Virus record (IMG/VR): IMGVR_UViG_3300037297_000328
DNA: 64,000 bases
Direction: 5' to 3' (one strand)
DNA from: an uncultured virus (IMG/VR IMGVR_UViG_3300037297_000328)
Taxonomy: Duplodnaviria > Heunggongvirae > Uroviricota > Caudoviricetes
Made by a program: the position numbers and the translations under genes. Below the pieces are notes generated by a model. The model did not search any database. It was not told the origin of the DNA and worked only from the letters and a program-made list of their open reading frames with translations. Positions 44,510 through 55,186 of this stretch are shown one piece after another. The number at the start of each line of letters is the position of its first letter. Positions within the stretch are counted from its first letter, which is position 1.

Positions 44510-47095
44510 ATGAAAAAGAAAATACCTTTCCGAATAAGTAAAATATCTACTTCCCGTCAAAAATATTATACTGCGGCAATTGATGGTTTAAAAATGGGCT
44601 ACACTTTAAGGGGAAAAGATTTTGAAACATTGGACCAGTTATTAAAAAACATTGGAGCAACCCGCTATTATAAAAAAAGGAGAGCATGGCGATTTGAGTC
44701 AAGCCCACGTACAAGGCTTGCTAATATTGAAATTGATGTTGTAGAAGATTACAGAAGATTAGGCCGTCCACGAAAAATGAGCAATGGAGGAATAATAGAA
44801 ACCCATGATGGTAAAAAAGGCGGAACCATTGAAGGAAAAACACATGCGCAAGGTGGCGTTGATGCTGTAGTAATAACAGATAATAACCGACCCGTAGAAT
44901 TGGAAGAAGGCGAAGGTGTATTGTCTGCTAATACAATGAAAGGTGAAAAAAAATACCTTTTTGAAGGAGAAAAACTTACCGCAAAAGAAATTGCAAGCAA
45001 ATTAAACGTGGACCATGGCGGGCGTACATTGATGGAAAAAGGTGGGGTGGTGAAAGAGGAAGATGTACTTGTTGAAGCAAGACTTAAATTTACGGGCAAT
45101 GATGCCGATCATATCATCGATTATATTGATCCGGAAGATTTATTATCTGAAGATATTGAATTTAATGGAAATGGAGAATATTATTTATATTTTTATTATC
45201 CTTCACTAAATTATAAACCTTTTGATAAGAGAAGGATGGAAAGTGGAATATTTATGGATATTGAAAATATATTGAGACAAGATGATGTTGATGCCGATAT
45301 TGAATCGGTAGATATAGTTAATTCAGGTAAATTTGAAGAATATAATAAAGGTGGTGAAATAAAAAAAGAAGCAGATATTGATGAAGATACCCCTACTTCT
45401 CAAATGACCTACCAACAATATGTTGATATCTCAAAAAAAGAGTATGCATGGAAAAACAATGAAGCCATAAGGCAGGCTTATAAATTATCGTTATTACGAG
45501 AAATTTTTGATAAAGAGATTGCCGCAGATAATATGGGGACAAATATTAGCCGGTTTGGGGGCAATACAAATACATTTATCCTTAACAATATTTCAAAGGT
45601 AAAAATAGAAAACCAAACTAGCTATCAGGCTGCCGAAAAAAATATAAAAGAGCTAATAGAAAAAGCTATTTTTGAAAATAAACAACTTCCAGATGAATTG
45701 CTTAAAGATTATCCGAATCTAAAAAAACAATATGATTACATCCGGGAAATCCCCATAACCATTAATCAAAATGATTTAGATTATGAAGTAGCTAGGCGTG
45801 CGCATTATGCAACAAGTTTTAGCCCCGAAAAACGCGCCGTTCAACATCAAAAAGATTATGTTAGGAGCATGATTAATTTTTGGCTTACTTTTAGCCCATT
45901 GGCAAAAAACGAAAGACAAAAAGAAATATTGGCCGAGCGGATGACCGGATACAAGGATGTATATCTTAAATTTATGAAAGATTACTTGTATTCTCATGCC
46001 AATGTTATGTCGGCTATGATTACCGGTCCTGCAAATTTTCCAGTAAGGCAAAATGAGAAAGCAAACCGTGCGGCTGACAATAAAATGAATACTTTTATTG
46101 AGAAAACAAACAAATTTAAAAATAATACCCGCAAAATGCTCAACGAAGCAAAAACGAAGGAGCAAAAAGCAAGCGAGGTAAAACAGGTAATAAAAAACAG
46201 GCTTGATGATGGTATCCAAACAATAATTGAAATTGATACAGGCGTGAATAATTACTCCAGTCGTCCTCTTTTTGTTCAGAATTTACAAGGTTATATTGAG
46301 CGCATGGCAAAAAACGGGCGTGTTGAAGATGTTAAATATGCCTTAAATTATATAAAAGAGCGGCAAAAAGACATGAAAAAGCCTGTTTTTGCAGCTCGCA
46401 ATAGCATTTGGAATGCTGTAGAAATTGCAAAATCAAAAGTTCAAAGTCTGGAGGACAAAAAAGAAAACCCTGAGGAAGTTGAATACATTGGGGCAAAAAT
46501 AGTAAGAAACTATGACGATGACCGGATACAAATATTTTTTGATGAAATTCCGGCTCCCGAAATACGTGCAAAACTAAAAAGTAAAGCGTTTAAATGGTCT
46601 CCACGAAATAAAGCGTGGCAACGAAAAAATACCATTGCAGGATATAGAGAAGCCGTTTTAGTGGTAAATGAATTTTTTAAAAAGAAGGAGCAGGAAAAAA
46701 AGCCGTTTAAGAAAAAAGCGGCTTCGGAAAAATTAATTGGCGGTGTAGCCGACAATAAAACATTAAAAGAAATTGCAGAGGAACAGGGCAAAGACCTGCC
46801 ATTTACTTTCGCCCAATTAAAAAAAGGCATAAAAGTAGAAATGGAACATACCAACGATCCGGAAAAAGCAAAAGAAATTGCCTTTGACCATCTTTATGAA
46901 AATCTCAATTACTATATTGAGCTTGAAAAAATGGAGAAAAAGCTCGAAGACAAACCCAAGCAATCAGAAAAAGCTAAAATACAAGCCAAAATCGATGGTT
47001 TTAAGGTATTATTAGAACTTGCCGACACTGAGGCCGAAAAAGAAAAATTACAGGCTAAAATTGAGGGTTTTGAGGTATTATTGGATATAAACTAA
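44510..47095 (+). CDS. large polyvalent multidomain protein with C-terminal DUF5661-like domain
   Basis: G.THAQGGV..VELEEGE; SAMITGPANFP; DRIQIFFD..P...R.KLK..AFKWSP...AWQR; QLKKGIKVEMEHT...EIAFDHL.E...YY. Confidence 0.7.
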   Translation: MKKKIPFRISKISTSRQKYYTAAIDGLKMGYTLRGKDFETLDQLLKNIGATRYYKKRRAWRFESSPRTRLANIEIDVVEDYRRLGRPRKMSNGGIIETHDGKKGGTIEGKTHAQGGVDAVVITDNNRPVELEEGEGVLSANTMKGEKKYLFEGEKLTAKEIASKLNVDHGGRTLMEKGGVVKEEDVLVEARLKFTGNDADHIIDYIDPEDLLSEDIEFNGNGEYYLYFYYPSLNYKPFDKRRMESGIFMDIENILRQDDVDADIESVDIVNSGKFEEYNKGGEIKKEADIDEDTPTSQMTYQQYVDISKKEYAWKNNEAIRQAYKLSLLREIFDKEIAADNMGTNISRFGGNTNTFILNNISKVKIENQTSYQAAEKNIKELIEKAIFENKQLPDELLKDYPNLKKQYDYIREIPITINQNDLDYEVARRAHYATSFSPEKRAVQHQKDYVRSMINFWLTFSPLAKNERQKEILAERMTGYKDVYLKFMKDYLYSHANVMSAMITGPANFPVRQNEKANRAADNKMNTFIEKTNKFKNNTRKMLNEAKTKEQKASEVKQVIKNRLDDGIQTIIEIDTGVNNYSSRPLFVQNLQGYIERMAKNGRVEDVKYALNYIKERQKDMKKPVFAARNSIWNAVEIAKSKVQSLEDKKENPEEVEYIGAKIVRNYDDDRIQIFFDEIPAPEIRAKLKSKAFKWSPRNKAWQRKNTIAGYREAVLVVNEFFKKKEQEKKPFKKKAASEKLIGGVADNKTLKEIAEEQGKDLPFTFAQLKKGIKVEMEHTNDPEKAKEIAFDHLYENLNYYIELEKMEKKLEDKPKQSEKAKIQAKIDGFKVLLELADTEAEKEKLQAKIEGFEVLLDIN

Positions 47096-47113
47096 TGACT
47101 TAATGACAATATT

Positions 47114-47869
47114 ATGACACAAGCAGAAATAAAAGAAAAAATAAAAAAACTCGAAAATGCCATTGAGCGCATTGGCGATGGGGAAGACAAGGATTCTATT
47201 GAATTGCAAAAAGCGGTTGACCGACTTAAAAAAAAGCTGGAGATGGAGGTAAAAAAGCCAGCAAAGAAAGTAAGCAGTGGCGCTAAGCAGGAAAAAAAGC
47301 CGGTTCAAAAGAAACCAGCAACCAGCACCAAGAAACCAGCTAAAAAACTCATCCTTAAAAAAGCCATCGAAACCCAAAAGCAACCCAAAGACATTACCAT
47401 TAAAAAGGGCGAAAAAAAGGAAACACACACGATTAATACGGCTTTTGCGGAGGATATACACGGAGCTATATTGGTACTCAATAAAGAGCGTTATGTAATT
47501 CGTGAGAAAAAAGACCGGAAAACCGGAAAAATGGAACAGGTAAAACATTCTCCTGAATATAAAAACGCTAAAACAATTGAAAAACGGGTGAATACTATAT
47601 TTAATTCATCAATTTACGATATTGCAAAAACCGCAAAGGAGAAAAAAGAAAAAAAAGATGTAATTGACGAGGCCGAGGCTATTCGCGACCTTACAACATT
47701 GTGGCTAAACGAGGTGGATATCTTAATTAATAATGAAGATGTGGCCGACCTTGCAAAAATTAAAAAATTGATGCTTGGATTGATAAAAGAAGCAAGAAAA
47801 AATGACCCCAAAGATAAATATAAACTTCAGGGTGGATTAAGTAAAATTGCTGAAAAATATGGATTGTAA
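47114..47869 (+). CDS. Lys-rich hypothetical protein
   Basis: 251 aa with KKPA repeats. Confidence 0.65.
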   Translation: MTQAEIKEKIKKLENAIERIGDGEDKDSIELQKAVDRLKKKLEMEVKKPAKKVSSGAKQEKKPVQKKPATSTKKPAKKLILKKAIETQKQPKDITIKKGEKKETHTINTAFAEDIHGAILVLNKERYVIREKKDRKTGKMEQVKHSPEYKNAKTIEKRVNTIFNSSIYDIAKTAKEKKEKKDVIDEAEAIRDLTTLWLNEVDILINNEDVADLAKIKKLMLGLIKEARKNDPKDKYKLQGGLSKIAEKYGL

Positions 47870-48293
47870 AAATAATAGCATAATGAAAGAAACTTATAGT
47901 TTTCGTATAAAAAACAATCATCCTGTAGTTCCGAAATACGCATTACTACTAGGAAGTAATATAAATTTGAATGGTGAACTTGATGATGATTTTATTGATA
48001 TTGATTTAGCAGAATCATCTCACATTGAATTGAAACGAGAATTACTTGGCTCAAAACAAAAAATTGTTGAATTAACAATTATTCCCAAAACTCGTATTAA
48101 TAATTGCAGAATAGCTATTTGTAACCGAAAAGCTTGTGGTATGACTTCTAGCCGAATAATACATTTGGGACGGATAACAGAATTACATGTTGAAAAGATT
48201 GAAATAGTTATATCGTCCAACTTATATTTTTTAGTTTTATTAGACCCTGATGAAGAGGTGGGTATAATTATGAAAACTGACAGTGAAATTTAA
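47859..48293 (+). CDS. divergent paralogue of 60638..61228
   Basis: IDLAESSHIELKRE versus VAISESSHIQVKKA. Confidence 0.5.
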   Translation: MDCKNNSIMKETYSFRIKNNHPVVPKYALLLGSNINLNGELDDDFIDIDLAESSHIELKRELLGSKQKIVELTIIPKTRINNCRIAICNRKACGMTSSRIIHLGRITELHVEKIEIVISSNLYFLVLLDPDEEVGIIMKTDSEI

Positions 48294-48347
48294 TATAATT
48301 TTTAATGATTAATGACTTAATGACTAAAAAGTTTAATAATAAAAAAT

Positions 48348-48800
48348 ATGCTTGAACTGGTAATAAAAAACAGCCCTAAAATAATTGAAAATCAAATTAT
48401 TGATATAATAAATGGCGTGGCGCGAGAACATAATATTGATGCAAGAGAAATATACGCAATGCTTAAATTTATTTCAGTAGGCGAGGAAAAAAAGTCAAGG
48501 TTGCGTGTTTTTACGCATTACCAAGGCAAACGATTAAATGATTTCCCGTTAAACCAAGTTGCCGGAGGTATTACCAGTAAAATTGAAGGATATGTCGCAG
48601 GTTTGTATATGCGCGATGCAAAAGTATTTGGCGTGGATCCTGCATTTGTAAATTATGTATTTCAATTAAACCAGGGCAATGAGCTGTTCGTTTCGCCAAA
48701 TATTGCCGGCAAATGGCAAGGCTGGTATAAATTGAAAGCAGTAATGGAAGGCAATTTTAGTAAAGAAATGAATAAGGAGACCTATTTAAATAATGACTAA
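48348..48800 (+). CDS. hypothetical protein
   Basis: 150 aa ORF. Confidence 0.6.
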   Translation: MLELVIKNSPKIIENQIIDIINGVAREHNIDAREIYAMLKFISVGEEKKSRLRVFTHYQGKRLNDFPLNQVAGGITSKIEGYVAGLYMRDAKVFGVDPAFVNYVFQLNQGNELFVSPNIAGKWQGWYKLKAVMEGNFSKEMNKETYLNND

Positions 48801-49488
48801 TAACAAAAAAATGGCAAAGCAAAAAACAACAACAAAGCAAAAAACAACAACAAAGCAAAAAACTACCAGTCGCGGGCAAGCAAGAAAAAAACGATTAATC
48901 AGCAAAACATTTAAGCTGGTAAAAGATTTAGATATTCATCCGAGAACACCTGAATTTATGGCCTTGGGTAGCGATGTCGTTTCGGCCTATGCCGAATTGC
49001 AGGAAATTAAGTCGCAAGCTAATCCCGATTCAAACCTTTTTAAATCATTGGATAAAACGGCTTATGACCTTATTTCTGAACGCGTTGGAGGTGTGAAGCA
49101 GGAAATTGAAGCGAGTGCAGGGATGGGCCTTGGTGAGTTACTCAGAGAGGTAGCATTAAAGGCTAATATTCCCCCAAGTCTGGCTATGTTAATGCTTAAA
49201 GAAGCAGGTGGAAACTATCAGTTAATAGCGCTGAATGTGGATCGAACACCTGTTATGTTTGAAAAAAAACCATTAATTTTTGGATTAGGCAGTGTACAAG
49301 AGCGTGGTTTTACCAAACAAAATTTGGATCGAAAATTTCAAGAACAGCATGATCAGGATATCAAAAGTGTTCAATTTTTATTGTTTATGCCAAAAAATGA
49401 TGTATTTGTTAAATTATTGGCAAAAGGCGAAGAAAGAGTTGCATTTGGACAGAAACTATTGTCCGAATGGTTGGGTGTTATTTTTTAA
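48793..49488 (+). CDS. hypothetical protein with KQKTTT repeats
   Basis: 231 aa ORF. Confidence 0.6.
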   Translation: MTNNKKMAKQKTTTKQKTTTKQKTTSRGQARKKRLISKTFKLVKDLDIHPRTPEFMALGSDVVSAYAELQEIKSQANPDSNLFKSLDKTAYDLISERVGGVKQEIEASAGMGLGELLREVALKANIPPSLAMLMLKEAGGNYQLIALNVDRTPVMFEKKPLIFGLGSVQERGFTKQNLDRKFQEQHDQDIKSVQFLLFMPKNDVFVKLLAKGEERVAFGQKLLSEWLGVIF

Positions 49489-49559
49489 TTGAGATGGTGG
49501 GTGGTATGAATACAATCAGTAGTACCACCCATGATTTAAAAATTTAAAAAAATTGGAAT

Positions 49560-50603
49560 ATGGAAAATACAAAAATTTACAAAGAACTAAAGGCAATAAA
49601 AGCATTGCCTGATATGAAATACTGGGACGAATTGCACGAGCAGTTTAAAGAGAAATATCGTGAAATGCAAGCATTCTTTGCCGATGGCAACAATGACACT
49701 ACCAAATATACTGGGCAAATTGCAGAAATGGATAAGCATCTGGTGAAACTGTTCTATGACCTGCATGATGTTGAAGAAGATAATAAGCTGCAGGAAGAAG
49801 AAGTAAAAGAAGAGGTTAAGGTTGAGGTAAAGGAGGAGGAAGTAAAAGAAGAGGTTGAGGTTAAGGCTGAGGTAAAGGAGGAGGAAGTAAAAGAGGAGGT
49901 TAAGGTTGAGGCTGAGATAAAAGAGGAGGAACTAAAAGAGGAGGTTAAGGTTAAGGCTGAGGTAAAGGAGGAGGAACTAAAAGAGGAGGTTGAGGTTAAG
50001 GCTGAGGTAAAGGAGGAGGAAGTAAAAGAAGAGGTTGAGGTTAAGGCTGAGGTAAAGGAGGAGGAAGTAAAAGAAGAGGTAAAGGAGGAAAAAGTAAAAG
50101 AGGAGGTTAAGGTTGAGGCTAAGGTAAAGGAAGAGAAAGTGAAAGAAGAAAATACTGAAAAAGAAGAAAATATGAGCAAAAATAAAAAGGAAAAATCATT
50201 GAAAGATGACAAAGTGGCTACATTAGAAAAGGAAAAAGAGGAGCTGATCATGGAAAAAAACAGTGAAGGAAAAAATTCTGTAGAAAAAGCTCCTGTTGTT
50301 CCTGATGACGAAAAAACCATAGAGGAGTTGGCCGCAACGCTTCCCGATGTGAAAGAAACAACTGGAGTTACTGAAACCGTGACAGAGGTTGTTGAAGAAG
50401 TTGCTCCACCACCACAATCACCTTACCGTCAGTTTATTGAATTTGCAAAATCGAGAAAAACAGTCTCAGCAAAGGATTTGGTGAAGTTTAATATTCCTGA
50501 CGCAATATGGAAAGCCGGTGCGGTAAAATTTACAATTGACGAAGTTACATTTGAGAAAACCGTTCCAGGACTAATGTTTAATAAGTGGATTGTTATTTTT
50601 TAA
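49560..50603 (+). CDS. Glu/Lys/Val-rich repeat protein
   Basis: Tandem EEVKEEVEVKAEVKE units. Confidence 0.75.
   Translation: MENTKIYKELKAIKALPDMKYWDELHEQFKEKYREMQAFFADGNNDTTKYTGQIAEMDKHLVKLFYDLHDVEEDNKLQEEEVKEEVKVEVKEEEVKEEVEVKAEVKEEEVKEEVKVEAEIKEEELKEEVKVKAEVKEEELKEEVEVKAEVKEEEVKEEVEVKAEVKEEEVKEEVKEEKVKEEVKVEAKVKEEKVKEENTEKEENMSKNKKEKSLKDDKVATLEKEKEELIMEKNSEGKNSVEKAPVVPDDEKTIEELAATLPDVKETTGVTETVTEVVEEVAPPPQSPYRQFIEFAKSRKTVSAKDLVKFNIPDAIWKAGAVKFTIDEVTFEKTVPGLMFNKWIVIF
49790..50150 (+). repeat. coding tandem repeat (about 48-bp unit)
   Basis: gaggttgaggttaaggctgaggtaaaggaggaggaagtaaaagaa repeated with variants. Confidence 0.85.
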
Positions 50604-50703
50604 CTATATAACTTAAAACCAGGGATTGAAAGTGCCATATCTTAAACACTGATTTCCCTCTGTGCGGGGTTAGGCTTTTCCCTGGTTTTTTAAATATTGG
50701 AAT

Positions 50704-50907
50704 ATGAAAAGAAAAACGCATTATGAATTCGTAGATTATATGGCTTTACTCAAAAAGCATGATGTAAGACTAAATGGGCACCATATATCTATTTTAAAAA
50801 GTAACAGCCCTTTTGCAAAACATGATTTAGGCAATAAAAGTTGGGGTAAAATAGATTTTTTGGTTAATCATTGTGGCTATTCTCGCGAGTTTGTATATAA
50901 ATTTTAA
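50704..50907 (+). CDS. hypothetical protein
   Basis: DLGNKSWGKIDFLVN. Confidence 0.6.
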   Translation: MKRKTHYEFVDYMALLKKHDVRLNGHHISILKSNSPFAKHDLGNKSWGKIDFLVNHCGYSREFVYKF

Positions 50908-51108
50908 ATCCGATAGCATGAAGACAGTTACAGTAAGAAATACAGATACAGTTGATAGGATAGTAAAGAACAAAAAAGGCCGATACGTAAAGATTGAGCG
51001 AAATAAAAAAGATATTTTGTTATCTAATAGAAAGCTGGCAGATAATGTGACAGATGATAAAGATGCTTTTTATATGAGATTTGATGATGTGGTTTTTAAA
51101 ATATTAAA

Positions 51109-51573
51109 ATGAAATCATATCCAATAATCGATATGTATACTGAATTGGAACAATCAATAAATAAAGTGTTGCAAAAAGTTGGTACACGTTCATTAATCAG
51201 GTACCTGAATAATTTTGAACGTAATTTTAATTACCGTGCCGATACATTGTTTCAAATTATAGAGGGAATTGTTTGTCAGTATTTCGAAATATCAGCTAAA
51301 AAATTGTATGAAGACATTACAAGCATTAATGCTGCAAATGCCAGGCGTACCATGGTGTTTTTGCTTAAAGAAAAAACAATGTTTACTGATAAAGAAATCA
51401 GGGATCAACTGAGTATTAGTCGGCAATCATACAGCAGTTATGTGAATAACATAAAAAATGTATTGGACAATAAAGCTGCCGACTTGAAATTATACGAAGC
51501 GATTCAGGAAACGAATGAAATGTTTGAAATAAAAAATGATAATAAATGGAAAATAAGGAAGAAGCAAAAGTAG
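51109..51573 (+). CDS. DnaA C-terminal-like HTH protein
   Basis: IEGIVCQYFEIS...ANARRTMVFLLKE...KEIRDQL. Confidence 0.55.
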   Translation: MKSYPIIDMYTELEQSINKVLQKVGTRSLIRYLNNFERNFNYRADTLFQIIEGIVCQYFEISAKKLYEDITSINAANARRTMVFLLKEKTMFTDKEIRDQLSISRQSYSSYVNNIKNVLDNKAADLKLYEAIQETNEMFEIKNDNKWKIRKKQK

Positions 51574-52382
51574 TTGATATTAATCGCTATAAATCAACCG
51601 TAAAAAATTCACCATTGCTGGCGGGCGATTCTGTGTCGGTGAAAGCATACAGTGTATCTTTAAATCAAAACACCGGTGATCATGTTCAGCAACCACCACT
51701 TTCAAAAGAGTCGGAAGTGAAAAAGGAGGCACCAACATTTCAAAAACAAACAAGTAATCAGCCCCCACCACCTCCTCCGCCACAAAACGAGCCAGTTGAC
51801 GCCGGGTTTAATAATCAATATCAAAACGATAATATTGATCCGATGGACTTTTCCGGTGCCCCGGAACCAGAAATGGATGAAAAGGATCGGAAAGCTGCTG
51901 AAGCGGTAGCGGGTGGAGGTGCCGACATGTTAATTGGATTGTACAGTAGTTTCGTGCCTCCTATTTTGGCGGATATGGCAAAGGCTAATGTTAGTAAAAT
52001 TAAAGATATTTTTAATAATAATAGCCAGGTACCTTCTGATAAGGTAAAGCATATTGAGCGCTTTTTGGCAACTAATAATAAGCAGATAGAAGAAGCCCTT
52101 AAGTTAACACCTGAACAGGTTGCCATGCTAAAGGCCGCGTTATCTAAGGTATTAGAGCAGTATAACTTCCAACCGCAAAACCCGGTGGTTAATTTAATCA
52201 TGGTTGTGGCTACTATTGCAGTAATGCAGTATATGACAGTAAGCCGATTGATTAAGCAGCGCGAAGAGGAATTGTTATCCCTTATTAAACAATTCGAGGT
52301 CAGAGTGCCTGATGGTATGGAAAGCCCGTTTAAAAAGAAAAAATTGTTTATTAAAAAAGAAGATTTGGAAAAAGCAGCATAG
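51546..52382 (+). CDS. Pro-rich protein with C-terminal TM
   Basis: QPPPPPPPQ; NPVVNLIMVVATIAVMQY. Confidence 0.65.
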   Translation: MENKEEAKVVDINRYKSTVKNSPLLAGDSVSVKAYSVSLNQNTGDHVQQPPLSKESEVKKEAPTFQKQTSNQPPPPPPPQNEPVDAGFNNQYQNDNIDPMDFSGAPEPEMDEKDRKAAEAVAGGGADMLIGLYSSFVPPILADMAKANVSKIKDIFNNNSQVPSDKVKHIERFLATNNKQIEEALKLTPEQVAMLKAALSKVLEQYNFQPQNPVVNLIMVVATIAVMQYMTVSRLIKQREEELLSLIKQFEVRVPDGMESPFKKKKLFIKKEDLEKAA

Positions 52383-52416
52383 AGAATTATAAATTATAAA
52401 TTTAAAATTAAAAATT

Positions 52417-53145
52417 ATGAATTGGAATACGGATTTAACAATTGTATCGTTTTTCGTAGCGATTTTTTTAATTATTATTTTTTTAGTAATTAAATTTTTA
52501 AAGAAGCGGGAAAATGAGGTTTATCGAAACATTATTCAATTGCATTTAAAATTGAAAATAATTGCTGAAAGTTTAAAAACTAATAATATTAATATTTTTC
52601 TTGAAGATATTGCCAACTCTTTTACTAGGGAGGAGATGAATGATTTAAAATTGATTGGAGTGGATGAAAAATTAATTGAAAAAATATTTAAATTAAGTCC
52701 ATTTTATAAAGAAAATAATAATATTTTTCATCGTGAAGAAGTTACACAAGTTGTTTTAAATAAAAAAGACTTAAAAGTGATTAGAACCAAAAAAATTCCT
52801 AAGTGGAAACATCGGGTTGTGCATATTGCACGAAAGTTCCCATGGTTAATAAGATTGCTTAATTTTAAATACTCTTATTGCGAAAAATGCGGGTTAACAT
52901 GGAATTGGGTTGAGCCTTTTGTTGTGGAAACTGGTAAATATTTTGGCGTTTTTGCAGTATGCGAACATTGCTTTAAAAAGTCGACAATTGAACAGCTAAA
53001 AGAATATTATACTTCTATTTACTTAATGCAAAAAAAGGCTATGGCTCAAATTGGCTATAATGATCCTTACTTTTCATTAAAGCATTTATTAAACTGTGTG
53101 GAAGATTCTTATAATGAAATTAATAATCTAAGTTCTAATAACTAG
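52417..53145 (+). CDS. N-terminal TM protein with CxxC...CxxC
   Basis: CEKC, CEHC. Confidence 0.55.
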   Translation: MNWNTDLTIVSFFVAIFLIIIFLVIKFLKKRENEVYRNIIQLHLKLKIIAESLKTNNINIFLEDIANSFTREEMNDLKLIGVDEKLIEKIFKLSPFYKENNNIFHREEVTQVVLNKKDLKVIRTKKIPKWKHRVVHIARKFPWLIRLLNFKYSYCEKCGLTWNWVEPFVVETGKYFGVFAVCEHCFKKSTIEQLKEYYTSIYLMQKKAMAQIGYNDPYFSLKHLLNCVEDSYNEINNLSSNN

Positions 53146-53396
53146 TTTCTAATATCTAATACAAGACAAAAATACCAAGAAGAATAAGACAAGACTTGAT
53201 TTCCGAAACAGAATCAAATATTGATGTTGCGATTGCAGGCGTGGAATTACTTGGTGCCAATGAAAAATTAACCGAGGCTATAATGTTGTTATCTAAAGCC
53301 AGGGAAATTGTGTCAGATTATATTGATGGTCAAATAAATGAATGTGAACTAAGTTCTAATAACTAATTTCTAAGTTCTAATATATAAATAAAATAC

Positions 53397-54230
53397 ATGG
53401 AAAACAGGAACATAAACAACCAAACAAAGTACATAATTGCAGTGCATAATAAATTTGATAAATATGCTATTCAAACTTCAATCGAAGAGGCTAACAATTA
53501 TTTAGAGCGCTTCCCCGAAAGAAAGGCAATAATTGTGTCCGGCATATATCGCAATGATGATATTGCTAAAGAAAAATACACGCAATCAATGGCCGCAAGA
53601 AATAAAGGCAAACTAAAATTAATGACATTTGAAGGAACACCGCACGAAGATGTATTAAGTACAATTTTGCTTGGTTTTAAAAATGGGTTGATAATTATTC
53701 ATGAAATGCAATTTAATGAAACATTTCTGGAAAAATTAATTAATTATCACGAAAAAAACATTGATGTAATTATTCATCGCAATAAAATGCTGTTCAGTAT
53801 GGCCGAAGTAGCTTACTTCAATCAACAGTCGCGTATTATTCAGCAATTTGTTGATCGCGGAGAAAATTATATTATGCCCCGCCGTATTATTGTTCGCATG
53901 CACAACGACAATGATTTTGCGATTAACAAGGAGGGACTAATACGCTACATGCAGGAGTTTGGAGAAAAAATTGGATACAAATTATTCCTTTGTCAGTTTA
54001 TTTTGCTTAAAAAAAGGCATGGATTAAGACGGGAACTGGAAAGGGTTTGTGCAGTTGAGAATGAAAAATTTGAAGATTTTATCGATCCTTATTTTTTTGA
54101 GAAAGAAACAGCAAATTACGTATATTTCGAAATGGCATCAATGGATATTATTGCAAATGCTGATATTGACTTAATAAAAGAAAGCGAAAAAGATTTAATA
54201 AGAATATTACAAGAAAACGAGGAGGTATAA
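53397..54230 (+). CDS. degenerate paralogue of the adjacent ATPase
   Basis: FKNGLIIIHE...NIDVIIH...VRMH aligns with YKNGLLILEE...GVDVILH...LRLH; no Walker A. Confidence 0.55.
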   Translation: MENRNINNQTKYIIAVHNKFDKYAIQTSIEEANNYLERFPERKAIIVSGIYRNDDIAKEKYTQSMAARNKGKLKLMTFEGTPHEDVLSTILLGFKNGLIIIHEMQFNETFLEKLINYHEKNIDVIIHRNKMLFSMAEVAYFNQQSRIIQQFVDRGENYIMPRRIIVRMHNDNDFAINKEGLIRYMQEFGEKIGYKLFLCQFILLKKRHGLRRELERVCAVENEKFEDFIDPYFFEKETANYVYFEMASMDIIANADIDLIKESEKDLIRILQENEEV

Positions 54231-55162
54231 TGGCATCCAGGGACGCACTGGCACAAATAGTCGTAGGCAAGCAGGGTTCTGGTAAAACTTACTCTACTAA
54301 TGAAGAGATTGCTATTTATCGAGGTAAATTTAAGAGGCCGGTACTGATCATCGATAGGAAAGGTGAATATACTAATTACAAATCAGTATATTATGACCCT
54401 GATGTAAAAGACCGCGAGAAAAGAGCTAAAGGGAATCCTAATAGCGGGCATGGGATTAAATCCATTCACTTGCCACATATTTACCGCATTGTTTGTTTCG
54501 ATAAAAACCAGCGACCAATGGATGCAAACCAGATGGTTGAATTGATTTTAACTATTGCCGACTATTATAAAAACGGTCTGCTAATTCTCGAAGAAATGAA
54601 TAGCTACATACGTCGTACTATTCCTCCGGCTTTTTATGCATTTCTTACCACATTGCGGCACAATGGCGTAGATGTAATACTCCATTTTCAGGCCAACGGC
54701 GACGCACACCCTGATATCTGGAGTCAATGCACTACATTACGTCTACACAAAGCAAATGATAGTGTAACATCAATAGTTGGTAAGCGCGGTTTTGATGCCG
54801 ACCGCTTTGAATTGGCACGTATAGCTGAACTGGCTATTTATGAAAAATACCAGAAAGGGGTAAAATTAAAAAAAGCTGCAATGCTAAAGTACGGGCATGA
54901 AGAAAATTTCCCAAAAGAGGTAAAAGAAGAAATAAACAGGCATATTTATTACATGGTTTATTGCGATTTCGATCTAAGCCAGATAAGTAATATGCACCCA
55001 GTTGATTTTAGGAAAGCATGTACAATATTTTTATACCAGGAAAAAACGCAGATAAAAGATTTGATGCAGATTGAAGATGAACATGGGCGAAAGATTTACC
55101 CAAATAAAAATGCTGCGATTCAAAAATTAGTTAGCGATAAAGAACTGGTTTACATTAATTGA
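54230..55162 (+). CDS. FtsK/HerA-superfamily (A32/P9-like) genome packaging ATPase
   Basis: Walker A GKQGSGKT, Walker B LLILEE, LRHNGVDVILHFQ arginine-finger/sensor motif. Confidence 0.8.
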   Translation: MASRDALAQIVVGKQGSGKTYSTNEEIAIYRGKFKRPVLIIDRKGEYTNYKSVYYDPDVKDREKRAKGNPNSGHGIKSIHLPHIYRIVCFDKNQRPMDANQMVELILTIADYYKNGLLILEEMNSYIRRTIPPAFYAFLTTLRHNGVDVILHFQANGDAHPDIWSQCTTLRLHKANDSVTSIVGKRGFDADRFELARIAELAIYEKYQKGVKLKKAAMLKYGHEENFPKEVKEEINRHIYYMVYCDFDLSQISNMHPVDFRKACTIFLYQEKTQIKDLMQIEDEHGRKIYPNKNAAIQKLVSDKELVYIN

Positions 55163-55186
55163 GCAAAAAAACGTATCTTTGTAGAA

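Noticed and set aside
44749..47811. Several minus-strand ORFs opposite long plus-strand genes
   Set aside because: Antisense shadows with no recognisable motifs.
49754..50320. 188-aa minus-strand Ser/Thr/Phe ORF
   Set aside because: Antisense shadow of the EEVK repeat.
54230..55162. Terminase large subunit or conjugative VirB4/TraD
   Set aside because: Too short, no nuclease domain, no conjugation genes.
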